This document shows, in pieces, positions 40,960 through 50,549 of a stretch of DNA of 64,000 bases. Source of the stretch: a virus. The DNA lies in the IMG/VR virus record IMGVR_UViG_3300050035_000086, positions 28,953-92,952 of that record; one strand, written 5' to 3'. The notes under the pieces are model-generated. The model was not told the origin of the DNA, made no database searches, and saw nothing but the letters and a program-made list of their open reading frames with translations. A program made the position numbers and the translations under genes. Every line of letters starts with the position of its first letter. Positions within the stretch are counted from its first letter, which is position 1.

Positions 40960-41259
40960 TCATAGCCCCTCCTTGCCGATTCCGGTTAGTCTCCAGTAGA
41001 GTCCGTTTATGTTGGCATACGGATTGATCTCATGGGAGTATCCAGTCGTCGGCTTATCCCACTCTTCTCTCCACCATTGGATCAGTTTACCTTCGGGAGG
41101 GGTGTCTCCAATCCAGTTTCTCCAGCCGTCCGGGGTCAATCCGGCAAATCCTACCAAAGCCCCTCCGCAGAGTAAACTGGACCAGAAGTTATGACACTCG
41201 GGGCCGAGGTACGCCCCCAAACCTCCAATTTGCCTCTCGCCGTACATCGACTCAAACAT
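40960..41259 (-). CDS. Hypothetical protein
   Basis: GGAGG RBS; overlaps the stop of the UvrD N-terminal half. Confidence 0.5.
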   Translation of the reverse strand: MFESMYGERQIGGLGAYLGPECHNFWSSLLCGGALVGFAGLTPDGWRNWIGDTPPEGKLIQWWREEWDKPTTGYSHEINPYANINGLYWRLTGIGKEGL

Positions 41260-42328
41260 TTTGTGCCTCCTGGATACATTTTACCACGAACTCGGCCTCT
41301 AGGGTGGGAGAAACGAATCCTTTTATTTCTGGGGCAAGACCATGTCCATTTTGAGTATGAAATTTTTCTGCCAATCCCTGGGAAGCCGCTATTGGTCGAA
41401 TGAAGTTCACGATTTCAGGCGTTGAACGATAGTTGCAACTGAGGTACAACGTTTGGGTCCCCGGAAAAATCTCTTCCATCTCGGAGAATAGCTTGGCGTC
41501 TGACCCACGAAATCCGTAGATTCCCTGGGAAATATCTCCGACTGCGCACACGGATTTACCGGAGATAAGCTTGGCCAAATCCCACTCAATTTTCGACATA
41601 TCCTGAGCTTCGTCGAGCTGTAGCCAATCCCTAACCCAGCGCGCGCGAACTGCTGGCTTCTTGCTCAAGATTTCGACAGCATAGTATATGAGGCTATCGA
41701 AGTCTAATAGTCCCTCAGCGCGACTGCGCTTCTCGTAGTCCTTGTAGGCCAGAGCCATCCTCAGTTGTTTGGGGTCAGATTTAGCCTCCGCGTCACGGAC
41801 AGCCTCAGCAGGACAAATCCGGTGCCTTCGGTAAAGGGAAGCCACGGGCCGAAAACTTCTGGGGTCAAGTTCGTATCTACGGGCCGACTCGCTGGCCAGA
41901 CGGTAGGCCACGGGTTCGGCGGCAAGTGGGAATTCTGCAAGGGTAAAGGGAAATTCATCACGCTCCTCTTGGGCAAAAGCCAACGAATATCCATGGAAGG
42001 TTCGGGCTCCTGCGGTTCTGGTTGTTGTTAGCTCTCCGACTTGCGCAGTCACGCGGTCGGTAAGATTCTTCGAGGCGGTTTTCGTGAAACTGAGGGAAAG
42101 GATGTCGTCTGGACTGATTCCCTCTTGGATCAAGGCGGAGAAGCGGGCAACTAGGCAGGCCGACTTTCCAGCGCCCGGTCCAGCCTCCACTTTCCAGAAT
42201 CCCTCTTTCGCGGATACCACAGCCTTCTGCTCCTCGTTGAGGGTAATCTGCTTCGGAATTTGTTTCTTCCTAGTGGGCACTATCGAGCCTCGCCAGCAAC
42301 CGGTTTGTGTGCTTTTGTTGGTCTGCAC
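41252..42328 (-). CDS. uvrD: UvrD/PcrA helicase, N-terminal half
   Basis: LNEEQ, AGPGAGKS, SFT, TFHG, LDEAQD, VGD..Q.IYGFRGS, NYRS. Start may be the GTG at 42280. Confidence 0.9.
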   Translation of the reverse strand: MQTNKSTQTGCWRGSIVPTRKKQIPKQITLNEEQKAVVSAKEGFWKVEAGPGAGKSACLVARFSALIQEGISPDDILSLSFTKTASKNLTDRVTAQVGELTTTRTAGARTFHGYSLAFAQEERDEFPFTLAEFPLAAEPVAYRLASESARRYELDPRSFRPVASLYRRHRICPAEAVRDAEAKSDPKQLRMALAYKDYEKRSRAEGLLDFDSLIYYAVEILSKKPAVRARWVRDWLQLDEAQDMSKIEWDLAKLISGKSVCAVGDISQGIYGFRGSDAKLFSEMEEIFPGTQTLYLSCNYRSTPEIVNFIRPIAASQGLAEKFHTQNGHGLAPEIKGFVSPTLEAEFVVKCIQEAQNV

Positions 42329-42895
42329 ATTTCATTTCCAGACAGGGTTACCCACTTACCGTAAATAAACCGCAGTTCTTTGTGGCAATCTCCACAAACT
42401 ACCGTGCATTTCGATCCTCCACCGCTTATCATCACTCCTCCTTATCCAGAATGGAATCAATCAGGTCAGTATCGTGAGCGGCATAATTCCAGATCTTGTA
42501 TGCTGGAACCTTGAATACGCGCACAACACGATCAGGTCTGCACACCTCTATTTCGGCGTCTCCTGATTCTCCAACGTAGTAAGCTCGGACATTGTGGCCC
42601 CTGTATTCGTTTGTGCTAAAAACCAGCTTGCTCATTACTCCTCCTGTTCAGAAAATGGACTAGGCTCCGCTTCTTCTCGTAAAGAGATAAACGCAGCCAG
42701 TTGTTGAATCAATTCCTTCCCGTGTTTGTCTAGTTTGGAGGATACGTAGCAGAGTTGTCCTTCTACCTTGTCGTGGTCGAACTTACAGGCTTCGAGGAGA
42801 CTGTAGCCGAGTTGATTGAGAAATTCGGCCTGCTCTTGGTCGTCGGCATCGCCGAAGGCGCGTTGAATCACGCTTAGAATTTTCATACTTCCTCC

Positions 42896-44080
42896 TTAAT
42901 CTTTATACGGGTCAAATTCATTCCGGCCCGCCATCGCGACCCCGACAGGCGTAAGACGGTGCAGAATCTTGATGGAATCTCCGCAAGCATCAAGAACATT
43001 ATCCAGTCGCTTATAGCAGTCCGGAGACTCGTCAATATCTGCCCCTCGTAATTCGATTCCAGATCGGCTAACCCACCCACCCATCATATCAGATGTGACT
43101 CGTCCGATACGTTTGACTTCTCCCGTCTTCCGGTCGATCTTTCCTTTGGCTTCCATACGTCCCATTGCTCGGCCTGCTCCGTGAACAGTAGAGTACAGGG
43201 AGTACTTGGCGTTTTCGTTTTCAACCCCTTCGATAATGACAGAGGTTTCGCCCATTGTGGCCCCCACAAATCCACGCTGCCCGGGGAAAGCCGGAGTTGA
43301 TCCTTTACGAACTACCCACAGCTTGTCTCCGTTGTGCTCTTCCAACCACCCGAAGTTGTGGTGGTTGTGAATCTCTTCTAAAGAGCTGGCTCCCAGGATT
43401 TTGACTACTCGGTCACAGACCCAATTGCGTCCCGCGTAGGCGTACTCTCCGGCGAGACTCATGGCAGACAAATAGGAAGCACCCAGATCGCTGTTTACAG
43501 GAAGTACGAGAGGTTCAACATCCATTCCGTCTTTTGCCCCGCCTTCCGTCAGAAAATGAGTGGCGATTCCGTGCCCAAATCCACGAGACCCAAAATGGAC
43601 ACCAACCCAGACACGGTCTTCCTCGTCTACGAACAGGTCAACGAAGTGGTTACCCGACCCAATGGTTCCGAGCTGTCCCGCTGCCTTGTCTTTCAAGGCG
43701 AGGACTGCTGGAATACCCCAAGCCTCGTGGGATTCGAGGTCACCCAGGTCAACCTTCTCGTTGTTCTTCCGACCGACTCCAAAAGACAGAGTAGACCAAA
43801 TATCGTCCATTATCTGGACAATATTTTTGCGCAACTCCGTGCCAGACATATCAGTCATGACCGCCTTATTCCCGCAGGCAATGTCGTAACCTACGCCGGT
43901 CGGGGAAATGGCGTCCTTGTAGGCAACTACTCCTCCAATGGGCACCCCGTAGCCGAGATGGCCGTCCGCACTGACAGAAGCTCTAACAACACGGGGGTCA
44001 AGCGCAGCCCGGGATATTTGTTGAATAGCCGCGTCATCTACAGAACCGAAAACAGAAATTTTATCCCCGATTAATTGCAT
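42896..44080 (-). CDS. rtcB: RtcB RNA ligase
   Basis: DGHLGYGVPIGGV, VGYDIACG, LGTIGSGNHF, HFGSRG, HNHHN, VRKG.TPA, HGAGR, DESP..YK. Confidence 0.95.
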   Translation of the reverse strand: MQLIGDKISVFGSVDDAAIQQISRAALDPRVVRASVSADGHLGYGVPIGGVVAYKDAISPTGVGYDIACGNKAVMTDMSGTELRKNIVQIMDDIWSTLSFGVGRKNNEKVDLGDLESHEAWGIPAVLALKDKAAGQLGTIGSGNHFVDLFVDEEDRVWVGVHFGSRGFGHGIATHFLTEGGAKDGMDVEPLVLPVNSDLGASYLSAMSLAGEYAYAGRNWVCDRVVKILGASSLEEIHNHHNFGWLEEHNGDKLWVVRKGSTPAFPGQRGFVGATMGETSVIIEGVENENAKYSLYSTVHGAGRAMGRMEAKGKIDRKTGEVKRIGRVTSDMMGGWVSRSGIELRGADIDESPDCYKRLDNVLDACGDSIKILHRLTPVGVAMAGRNEFDPYKD

Positions 44081-44900
44081 CTAATAACTCCTCTTCTACG
44101 GTGTTTATGCTTCGTTTGATGTCATACTCCCACAGAACCAGCACACGGTAACCGAGAGATTCAAGGTGCTCTATTCTTTTCTTATCTTTTTCCCATTTAT
44201 CCGACGCGGCACAATGGAGAGACTTGTTTTGGTATTCCGGACCGTAAACTTTTGGGTTGCAGTGCCAAAAATCCCCAAAGCATTCTACAATTATTTTATT
44301 GCCTAACAGAAGATCAACATTATAGGCTCCGATTTGAACGTTGTTTTGGTGTTGAACATGGAGAGAGTCTAAAACGCTGCCAACAACTACTTCTATTTTG
44401 GTTTGTGACGACTTTTTGTTAGCCTTCAAACCGGCCTCGATAAAGGGAATCATTCTTTTCTTTCGCTCTGGTTCGGACATTCGGTCCCATCTTTTCTTGG
44501 CATTTTTGGACCGCTCGTCGGAGGACCACTCAATCACGTGCCGGGTATTTGGGTCTCTTTTCTGCTGAGAACTACTCATTTTCTCGTGCGTTTGGGGAGT
44601 ATGTTTTTTCCCGTAAAAAGGATTCTTCTCGCCGGTAAATGCACATTTTCGACACAATCCGCTTCGGTTGTTCGGGGAAAGATCCTTGCCACAGGAAGTG
44701 CATTTTTGATGTGATAATCCTCCTCTCCAATTAGGATTGCTCTCCATTTTATATGAGCACTTGGCTTTCGTTTCGGAGTCCATCATATTCGCTCCTGGGT
44801 GAAGAACCAAATATTCTTTTGGAAGCAAGCGGCAACACGCCCTCAAGTGACTAAAGGAAATGGCGTGCAGTTGTTTTCCGCACTCAAGGCAGGTAACCAC
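44061..44900 (-). CDS. Vsr/DUF559-type homing endonuclease with NUMOD3 motif
   Basis: NPFYGKKHT (NUMOD3); VDLL....IVECFGDFWH...DKKR..HL..LGYRVLVLWE. Confidence 0.85.
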   Translation of the reverse strand: MVTCLECGKQLHAISFSHLRACCRLLPKEYLVLHPGANMMDSETKAKCSYKMESNPNWRGGLSHQKCTSCGKDLSPNNRSGLCRKCAFTGEKNPFYGKKHTPQTHEKMSSSQQKRDPNTRHVIEWSSDERSKNAKKRWDRMSEPERKKRMIPFIEAGLKANKKSSQTKIEVVVGSVLDSLHVQHQNNVQIGAYNVDLLLGNKIIVECFGDFWHCNPKVYGPEYQNKSLHCAASDKWEKDKKRIEHLESLGYRVLVLWEYDIKRSINTVEEELLDAINRG

Positions 44901-45299
44901 TAGTCCTCCAGTTCAAATTCAAAAGGCCCCGACACAAGTTCATTATCGTAGCTCTTCATGAATTGTATCACACTTTCGGGCGTAGAAACCTCATAAGGAT
45001 ACCCAAAATTATCATCCCACGCGATTCGGACAGGGGATACCCACGGGTGCTGAAGTCCGGCGTCTTTCATCGCTAACGAAACTGGGTCCCCAGAGCAACT
45101 CCCCCGGAGACCCGCATTGATGTGCTTCTGTGTTACTTCAATTCTCATTCCACATCCCTCTTCTTTTTGAGAGCCTTGATAATTTCGTTGAAGAAGTCTC
45201 GGTACTCAGCACTTGGAAGACTCCAGGCTTTTGTCTGGGCCATCCTCACGATTTCATTCACGGCTCTCTTGAGTTCAATTTGTTCAGGCACGATGCCTC

Positions 45300-45602
45300 C
45301 TAGAAGGGCGGATCAAAGTCGTCTGGGTCTTGTTCGACTCGAATTGCTCGCTGTTGCGACTGAGACCAAGGATATGGCGGGTCATTCTCTCCTCGTTGGT
45401 AAGGAGTCCACGGCGATGGACTGAGTTCTTCAATCACATACTTCGGTGCGGCCTTTACGACCGCTTTGGCATCGAGGATTTCGTACTCGCCTCCAACCGT
45501 ATCGACCAGCCGTTGTGCTTCTGCTACTGCTTGTTGAAAAGTTGGGTGCTTAAAGGTCGGCCTCCCTCCTCCGACCTTGTAGACATAATAGAAGTTGGTC
45601 AT
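45300..45602 (-). CDS. Hypothetical protein with SSB-like acidic tail
   Basis: PTFKHPTFQQAVAEAQRL domain; C-terminus DPDDFDPPF. Confidence 0.6.
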   Translation of the reverse strand: MTNFYYVYKVGGGRPTFKHPTFQQAVAEAQRLVDTVGGEYEILDAKAVVKAAPKYVIEELSPSPWTPYQRGENDPPYPWSQSQQRAIRVEQDPDDFDPPF

Positions 45603-45615
45603 CTCAGTTCCTTCC

Positions 45616-46077
45616 TCAGAAAGGTATCGGGTCGTCGTCATCATCAAACGGGTTATCGTTGGTTGTGGCTCTTGGGGTCGGGGCAACTTGCTGCCGGGGT
45701 GCGGGAACAGCACGTTCTTGCCGAGTTGCGTGGGGAGTGTCAGATGTCTTGCCTCCGGGAGAGTCCACGAACTGGATTTTATCCACGATAATCTCAGTAG
45801 CGTATCGCTTGGACCCTGTCTGCTTATCGTCCCAGGATCGGACATCAATCTCTCCAACCACGCGGACGTTCTTGCCCTTCTTCAGGTACTTCTCTGCAAA
45901 CTCTGCTTGGTCTTTGAAGGCTACACAGTTGATCCAGCAAGTACGAACGCTGTCCTTGAATCCCCGCTCGTACCCGAGCGAAAAATTCACGATCTTGACT
46001 CCAGACGGGAGGGCCTTACTCTCTGGATCGCGAGAAAGGCCCCCTTCTACGATTGCGTAAGAGAATCCCTTGCTCAA
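45616..46077 (-). CDS. ssb: Single-stranded DNA-binding protein
   Basis: G.LSRDPE, WINCVAF...AE....YLKKG..V.V.G.I..RSW; C-terminus DDDDDPIPF. Confidence 0.95.
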   Translation of the reverse strand: MSKGFSYAIVEGGLSRDPESKALPSGVKIVNFSLGYERGFKDSVRTCWINCVAFKDQAEFAEKYLKKGKNVRVVGEIDVRSWDDKQTGSKRYATEIIVDKIQFVDSPGGKTSDTPHATRQERAVPAPRQQVAPTPRATTNDNPFDDDDDPIPF

Positions 46078-46445
46078 TCGGTCACCTCCGCGCCTTCCGG
46101 TTCGTTTTCGTCAGGCTCAAGAAGTGTGTAGACGATGTCGGCTACAGCATTAAACCCTTCTTGGGTGTTAAGAAACTCAGCGATACGGCAGTCGAGACAT
46201 ACGTCGTCTGTTTCGTCTTCATCCGAGACGAGTCCGAAGGTATCATCGTCTGAGTGGTCTGCGAAATAGAAGTCGGGACCTTCTACCTCCTGATCAACCA
46301 CAGCGAAGAGGTTGGGAGAGAAGGGAACCGAAGCCACCACATGATTATCCTTTGAGAATGTATAATCAGTATTGGTGGGCACGAAACGATCAGCTTCGAT
46401 CACGAGATTTCGGTTGTCGTGAGTCAGTACGGTAAACTTTGCCAC
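46074..46445 (-). CDS. Hypothetical acidic protein
   Basis: AAGGAG RBS and GTG start directly after a 15-bp motif. Confidence 0.55.
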   Translation of the reverse strand: MAKFTVLTHDNRNLVIEADRFVPTNTDYTFSKDNHVVASVPFSPNLFAVVDQEVEGPDFYFADHSDDDTFGLVSDEDETDDVCLDCRIAEFLNTQEGFNAVADIVYTLLEPDENEPEGAEVTD

Positions 46446-46476
46446 AGGCGATCTCCTTTGTCCAGATAATGGACGG

Positions 46477-47052
46477 TTAGAATGAGTAGTAAGCGTATCC
46501 TGGTTGACGTTCAGGAACGAGAGGACACGAGGAAACAGGGCTTCCCGAATAATTTGAGTCTGGGTTCTTTGCTCCTCGTTCAGCCCCCTCTTTGTCCTTA
46601 AAGGGGAAGAACGTCTCTCCTCGCGAGAAACCCCAAGTCGAAATACCATAATAGAAACGGTGTTCTACCGCAGGGTTCGCATTTGGTACTTCGAAGGTGA
46701 CCGACTGGTCTACGTCGATTTCAAGGAGTACCGGGACGGGCTCTCCATGATAGATATCATCGACAGACCGGTTCTCTGCTACTGCCTCATATTTTGAGTC
46801 GTAGAAGTTGGCTCCTGGGATCAAAGTATCAGAGTTGTAGGACTTGAGAACTCTCATCCACTTCGTTACCGTTTTCTTCTTCGGAGTAGCCAGCGTGGTT
46901 CCAACGAGTTCGAATACCCCAAACTTCAAGTCGGGGCGCAGCTTGGCTAGACGGAAGCTCTCTGTCTTAGCCTCTTCAAAAGAAGTGTGTCTTACTGGGT
47001 GAGTGCTCGGACCCTCGTCACTTACGATGATCCATGATTTTGATTCTGGCAT
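46477..47052 (-). CDS. Hypothetical protein
   Basis: AAGGAG RBS. N-terminal PVRHTSFEEAKTESFRL domain resembles the 45300-45602 protein. Confidence 0.6.
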   Translation of the reverse strand: MPESKSWIIVSDEGPSTHPVRHTSFEEAKTESFRLAKLRPDLKFGVFELVGTTLATPKKKTVTKWMRVLKSYNSDTLIPGANFYDSKYEAVAENRSVDDIYHGEPVPVLLEIDVDQSVTFEVPNANPAVEHRFYYGISTWGFSRGETFFPFKDKEGAERGAKNPDSNYSGSPVSSCPLVPERQPGYAYYSF

Positions 47053-47242
47053 GGTGTCTCCTTAATCTGGTAAATGTTCTTGGTTAAAAATCTGGCTACT
47101 TCTTCAAATTTCTCTTGGGGCGATGGCCTAGCGTAAAACACAACGTAGCCGTCGGAACCGCAGTCGAATTTGTCTGCCGTGACTGGGAGGGCTGTGTTTG
47201 CGGTTTTTAGGTAGACGTTGTAGTCAGTTAATTTGTTTCTCC

Positions 47243-48598
47243 TCAGAACTCAGCGGGTAGTGGCACATCTTTAGCCTCCTTCAAAAGCTCCTTCAGTGTT
47301 CCTGCCTTCTTGGCCTCTTCGAGGAGGGCAAGAGCTTCAGTCCAGTCCTTGACAGTCAGATTCTTTGATGGCTGTCCGACCTTGTTCGCGCGGAGCAGCA
47401 TGTAGTCTCCAATAGACTTGATGTCGGCTCCTGGTTCTGGAAGAGCACGAGTTCGGGCAATGAAGGCATTCTTTTGCTCTCCATCCGGTATCTTACTATA
47501 CTCAGGAGGATCTGGCAAGCCTTTTTCTGCGGCTTCTTCCGTGGTCATGTTTACAACACCATCAACGAACTCCTCCGCTTTTTGCTTATTATCTGCTTCG
47601 TCAAACTCGGTCTGTGGAAGAGAGGCGTTAGCGATATCCTCGTCGGTTATCCCGCCTTCGGATGCAACATCTCGTCCATTATTCGGACTCTCCTTCTTCG
47701 GACGACCTCCACGCTTCTTTGCGGGAGGGGGAAGCTCGGCGGCGGGTTTGAGTCCCGAAACTGCGGCAAGAACCACTTCCTTCACCGTGGCCTTGACTTC
47801 GGCCTCTGGCTTGATTTCTGGAGTTTCCTTCGGAACCTCTACTTCGACTACTGGGTGAACAGTCACCTTCTCGTTCGGCCTTGGGGCGTCGGTCGGAACG
47901 GCTGGCGTCTGATTTACTTGAGGGACGGCTGGAGGTAGAGGAACTACAGACGCGGGGGTAACCCTCTCTGGCAGGATTTCTTCAACTTCATTCTTCAGTT
48001 CTTCGGCGAGGTACAAATGTCCAGCTTCTTCACTAAAGGCGCGACGAAACCCGTCTGCTTCCGCGCATTTTTGTGTCATTTCTGGGCTTCGTTTGGACCA
48101 AATCTCATTTAGGGAGAGGACTTTCTTTCCGTTAACCTCTTTCTCCCTGAAAGCAGCTACAGCTTCAAATCGGGTCATCCCAATGATGGGTTCGTCAAAA
48201 TCCTTACGCTTGATCGCGACACGTACAGCCCACGGCTCCCGAGGCAATAACTTGTTCTCCTTGTCTGGGAGAGGAATATGGGAGATAATAGTAGGCAGAC
48301 CCTCTTCGTCCAAGTAGATGAACTCCGCAGGAGATTGTCCGGCATACACTCCTGTTCTTTGGGCGATCAAACGAAGGGCACCAATCGTTGTGATCCAATA
48401 TGGTTTCTTAATGTACCGATACGAACGAGTGTCTTCGTCCCATTCTTTGGCATTTCTCAACTGGAATACAAGGTGCGGTCCGGGGCGTAGATTTCTTGCC
48501 TCAGCTTCCGCGATAAATAAATCGAACTGAGTATCTGTGGCTCCCTTGGCATACTCGGCACGGAATGCTTTGAGTTCTTCTGTCGTAAATTTACTCAT
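47243..48598 (-). CDS. RecT/Bet-family single-strand annealing protein
   Basis: GATDTQFDLF.....RNL.P, IGALRLIAQRTG.YAG, W...PEM..KCAEA..FRRAF; long Pro-rich tail. Confidence 0.85.
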   Translation of the reverse strand: MSKFTTEELKAFRAEYAKGATDTQFDLFIAEAEARNLRPGPHLVFQLRNAKEWDEDTRSYRYIKKPYWITTIGALRLIAQRTGVYAGQSPAEFIYLDEEGLPTIISHIPLPDKENKLLPREPWAVRVAIKRKDFDEPIIGMTRFEAVAAFREKEVNGKKVLSLNEIWSKRSPEMTQKCAEADGFRRAFSEEAGHLYLAEELKNEVEEILPERVTPASVVPLPPAVPQVNQTPAVPTDAPRPNEKVTVHPVVEVEVPKETPEIKPEAEVKATVKEVVLAAVSGLKPAAELPPPAKKRGGRPKKESPNNGRDVASEGGITDEDIANASLPQTEFDEADNKQKAEEFVDGVVNMTTEEAAEKGLPDPPEYSKIPDGEQKNAFIARTRALPEPGADIKSIGDYMLLRANKVGQPSKNLTVKDWTEALALLEEAKKAGTLKELLKEAKDVPLPAEF

Positions 48599-48616
48599 TT
48601 TTCTCCTTCTGCTTTC

Positions 48617-48626
48617 ATTATAGCAC
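48617..48626 (-). promoter_or_regulatory. Extended -10 promoter element upstream of recT
   Basis: TGCTATAAT in an intergenic gap, followed by AAGGAG. Confidence 0.5.
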
Positions 48627-48839
48627 AGTTTTCAGTTTTGTACGAACTATTTTAAACGCCAATCACCGTTTGTCCGGTTAATCGGGCAGTTACTTCCTGC
48701 ACAGTTCCTTTGATGGTAACAGACACTCCCGCCGCTGTGGCTAGGTTACAAACTCCGACCAGAGGATTGGGCAGCACAAAGGCCACCTGATCCGGGTTTA
48801 CTTGCGCGATCTTCCCGTCTTGCTCGATTTCTACTAGCT

Positions 48840-49301
48840 TCATAAGCTCTCCTTAATAATTGTGAACTTTGTATTTTTGTGTGCTGCTTTTTCCCTTAAC
48901 ATAACAGAGGCTCCGGTGAAAAACTTAGGAGTTACCTCCCAAACATCGGCGCACATATTCGGGACGAAGGCATCGGCAATTTCGTAGGACATTCCAAGAC
49001 CCTCAGCCGCCTCTATTTTATCGATGATCATAGGAAAATCACGGTCCCAGAGTACGCCGGAAACATGAATTGCTTTTCCTTTGAGTCGGGCGCTGGTGAT
49101 TACCCCTATCTTGCGTTGCGCGTCGTGCCCAGCGAGGTCGTCTCTTGCGTTGATTCCTTGCCCTTTTAGGGTGGTCACTGTTCGTCTGGTTCCCTCCGGG
49201 GACAAAAATACTTTATGTCCTCTAGCTCCTGATGGAGACGCGGAGCTAACTTCCCCCAGGCGCGCAAGTATTCCTTCGAATTTGAGACGGTTAGTTCTCA
49301 T
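48840..49301 (-). CDS. Prohead-protease-like protein (HK97/assemblin fold)
   Basis: GHD..RKIGVI..A......IHVSG.LW..DF...GLGMSYE...FTGASV....AA. Confidence 0.55.
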   Translation of the reverse strand: MRTNRLKFEGILARLGEVSSASPSGARGHKVFLSPEGTRRTVTTLKGQGINARDDLAGHDAQRKIGVITSARLKGKAIHVSGVLWDRDFPMIIDKIEAAEGLGMSYEIADAFVPNMCADVWEVTPKFFTGASVMLREKAAHKNTKFTIIKESL

Positions 49302-49339
49302 TGCGCCTTCTTGTATAAGGATGTCATGGTAGTCTCCTA

Positions 49340-49370
49340 GTCCATTATCTGGACTAAGAGTATTATAGCA
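49340..49370 (-). promoter_or_regulatory. Extended -10 promoter with the 15-bp motif at the predicted +1
   Basis: TGCTATAAT at 49370-49362; exact motif at 49354-49340; then TAGGAG RBS. Confidence 0.55.
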
Positions 49371-49619
49371 CATCTACCCGTTGACATGAACCACAAAACG
49401 CGACTTACACCAGTTGCAGTATCCGATAAATATATGCCTCCCGCCTTGGTCAAAACCATCTTCCGGTATCCGTCCGCAAACCGGGCAGTATCGCGCGGGT
49501 CTCTTGTCGCGCTCCTTTCTCTCCTCTTCGTCGGCGCAAAGAGAGGCTTCAATCCCCTCTGGAGAGTATGGGTCGAGTCCGGTACGGAAATATTCTATTG
49601 ACCTCTTTTGCGCCATTGT

Positions 49620-50549
49620 CTACCTCCCCATCACCTTAGTACACTTAAACAGCAAACCTGTTAAGCTCGCATAGGCTGTTCCATCTGCGAACGAAGCGTT
49701 TCCCACGCCAACCAAACACGCCGCGAGACCGTCTGCTCTTGGTCCGGGTTCTGAGTCGAGCAGCGCCCATCTCAGCTTAGCAGAAACTACAGCTACCATC
49801 GCCCGGTAGTCGGCGGTCTTGATTTGCTTCAAAAGAGAAGCTGTTTTAGTCCAGTTTCCGGACAGTACTGCTTTGGCGACTTCCGGGTAGAGAGGCTCGT
49901 GTTCGCTTCCGTGGATTGCTTCTTCGAGAGGGACCCCGGACAAATACTGATCCAAGACTCCTAAGATTTCTCGCGGGGCGTTTACTTGCTTGTCGTGCAG
50001 GAACTTGAGGACGTTAGAACCCTCTTCGGCGGACACGTTTCCCGCTAGAGCCTTGACTACCAGCTTGGCCCGGTCTGCGTCTGAGAGGGGCTTTAATTCG
50101 AAGGTAGCTGCTGCCGCTCGGCTCTTGATGGCAGGTTCTACCTTTTCAGGTTTGTCCGTGGTCAAAATCCAGAGCGCCGGATTCTTCTCCATCGGGTCTT
50201 TGAGAGCATTCTGCGCTGCGATTGTCACTTGGTGAAATTCGTTCAGAATTATGACCCGGCGTCGTCCGGAAAATGGACGAGACGAGGAGATTTCAGCCAG
50301 TGACCGAGCGAAGTCCACCCCGTTGTCTGTTGAGGCGTTGATCTCGTGCAGACCGTCTCCTTCTGCTCCTGCGAGTTGCGCGACGATCAGAGCCAGAGTG
50401 GTCTTACCCGTGCCCGGAGGTCCATAGAACAGGAAGACGTTGGGCCAGTTATCCTTCTCTGCGAAGGACCTGATGGCCTTCTTGGCCGCTTCCTGCCCCA
50501 ACACATCTTCCAATTTCTGGGGTCGAAGTTCTAGAGCTAGTTGACCCAT
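49620..50549 (-). CDS. dnaX: DNA polymerase III gamma/tau-like clamp loader AAA+ subunit
   Basis: LRPQKLEDVLGQ, FYGPPGTGKTT, EINAS..NGVD, IILNEFH...AQNAL, IKSR. Confidence 0.85.
   Translation of the reverse strand: MGQLALELRPQKLEDVLGQEAAKKAIRSFAEKDNWPNVFLFYGPPGTGKTTLALIVAQLAGAEGDGLHEINASTDNGVDFARSLAEISSSRPFSGRRRVIILNEFHQVTIAAQNALKDPMEKNPALWILTTDKPEKVEPAIKSRAAAATFELKPLSDADRAKLVVKALAGNVSAEEGSNVLKFLHDKQVNAPREILGVLDQYLSGVPLEEAIHGSEHEPLYPEVAKAVLSGNWTKTASLLKQIKTADYRAMVAVVSAKLRWALLDSEPGPRADGLAACLVGVGNASFADGTAYASLTGLLFKCTKVMGR

Noticed and set aside
39250-41251. Self-splicing intron or intein splitting UvrD
   Set aside because: The interval is packed with RBS-bearing ORFs, the C-terminal half has its own start, and no intein termini or intron core were recognised. 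Not formally excluded without Infernal or RT-PCR.
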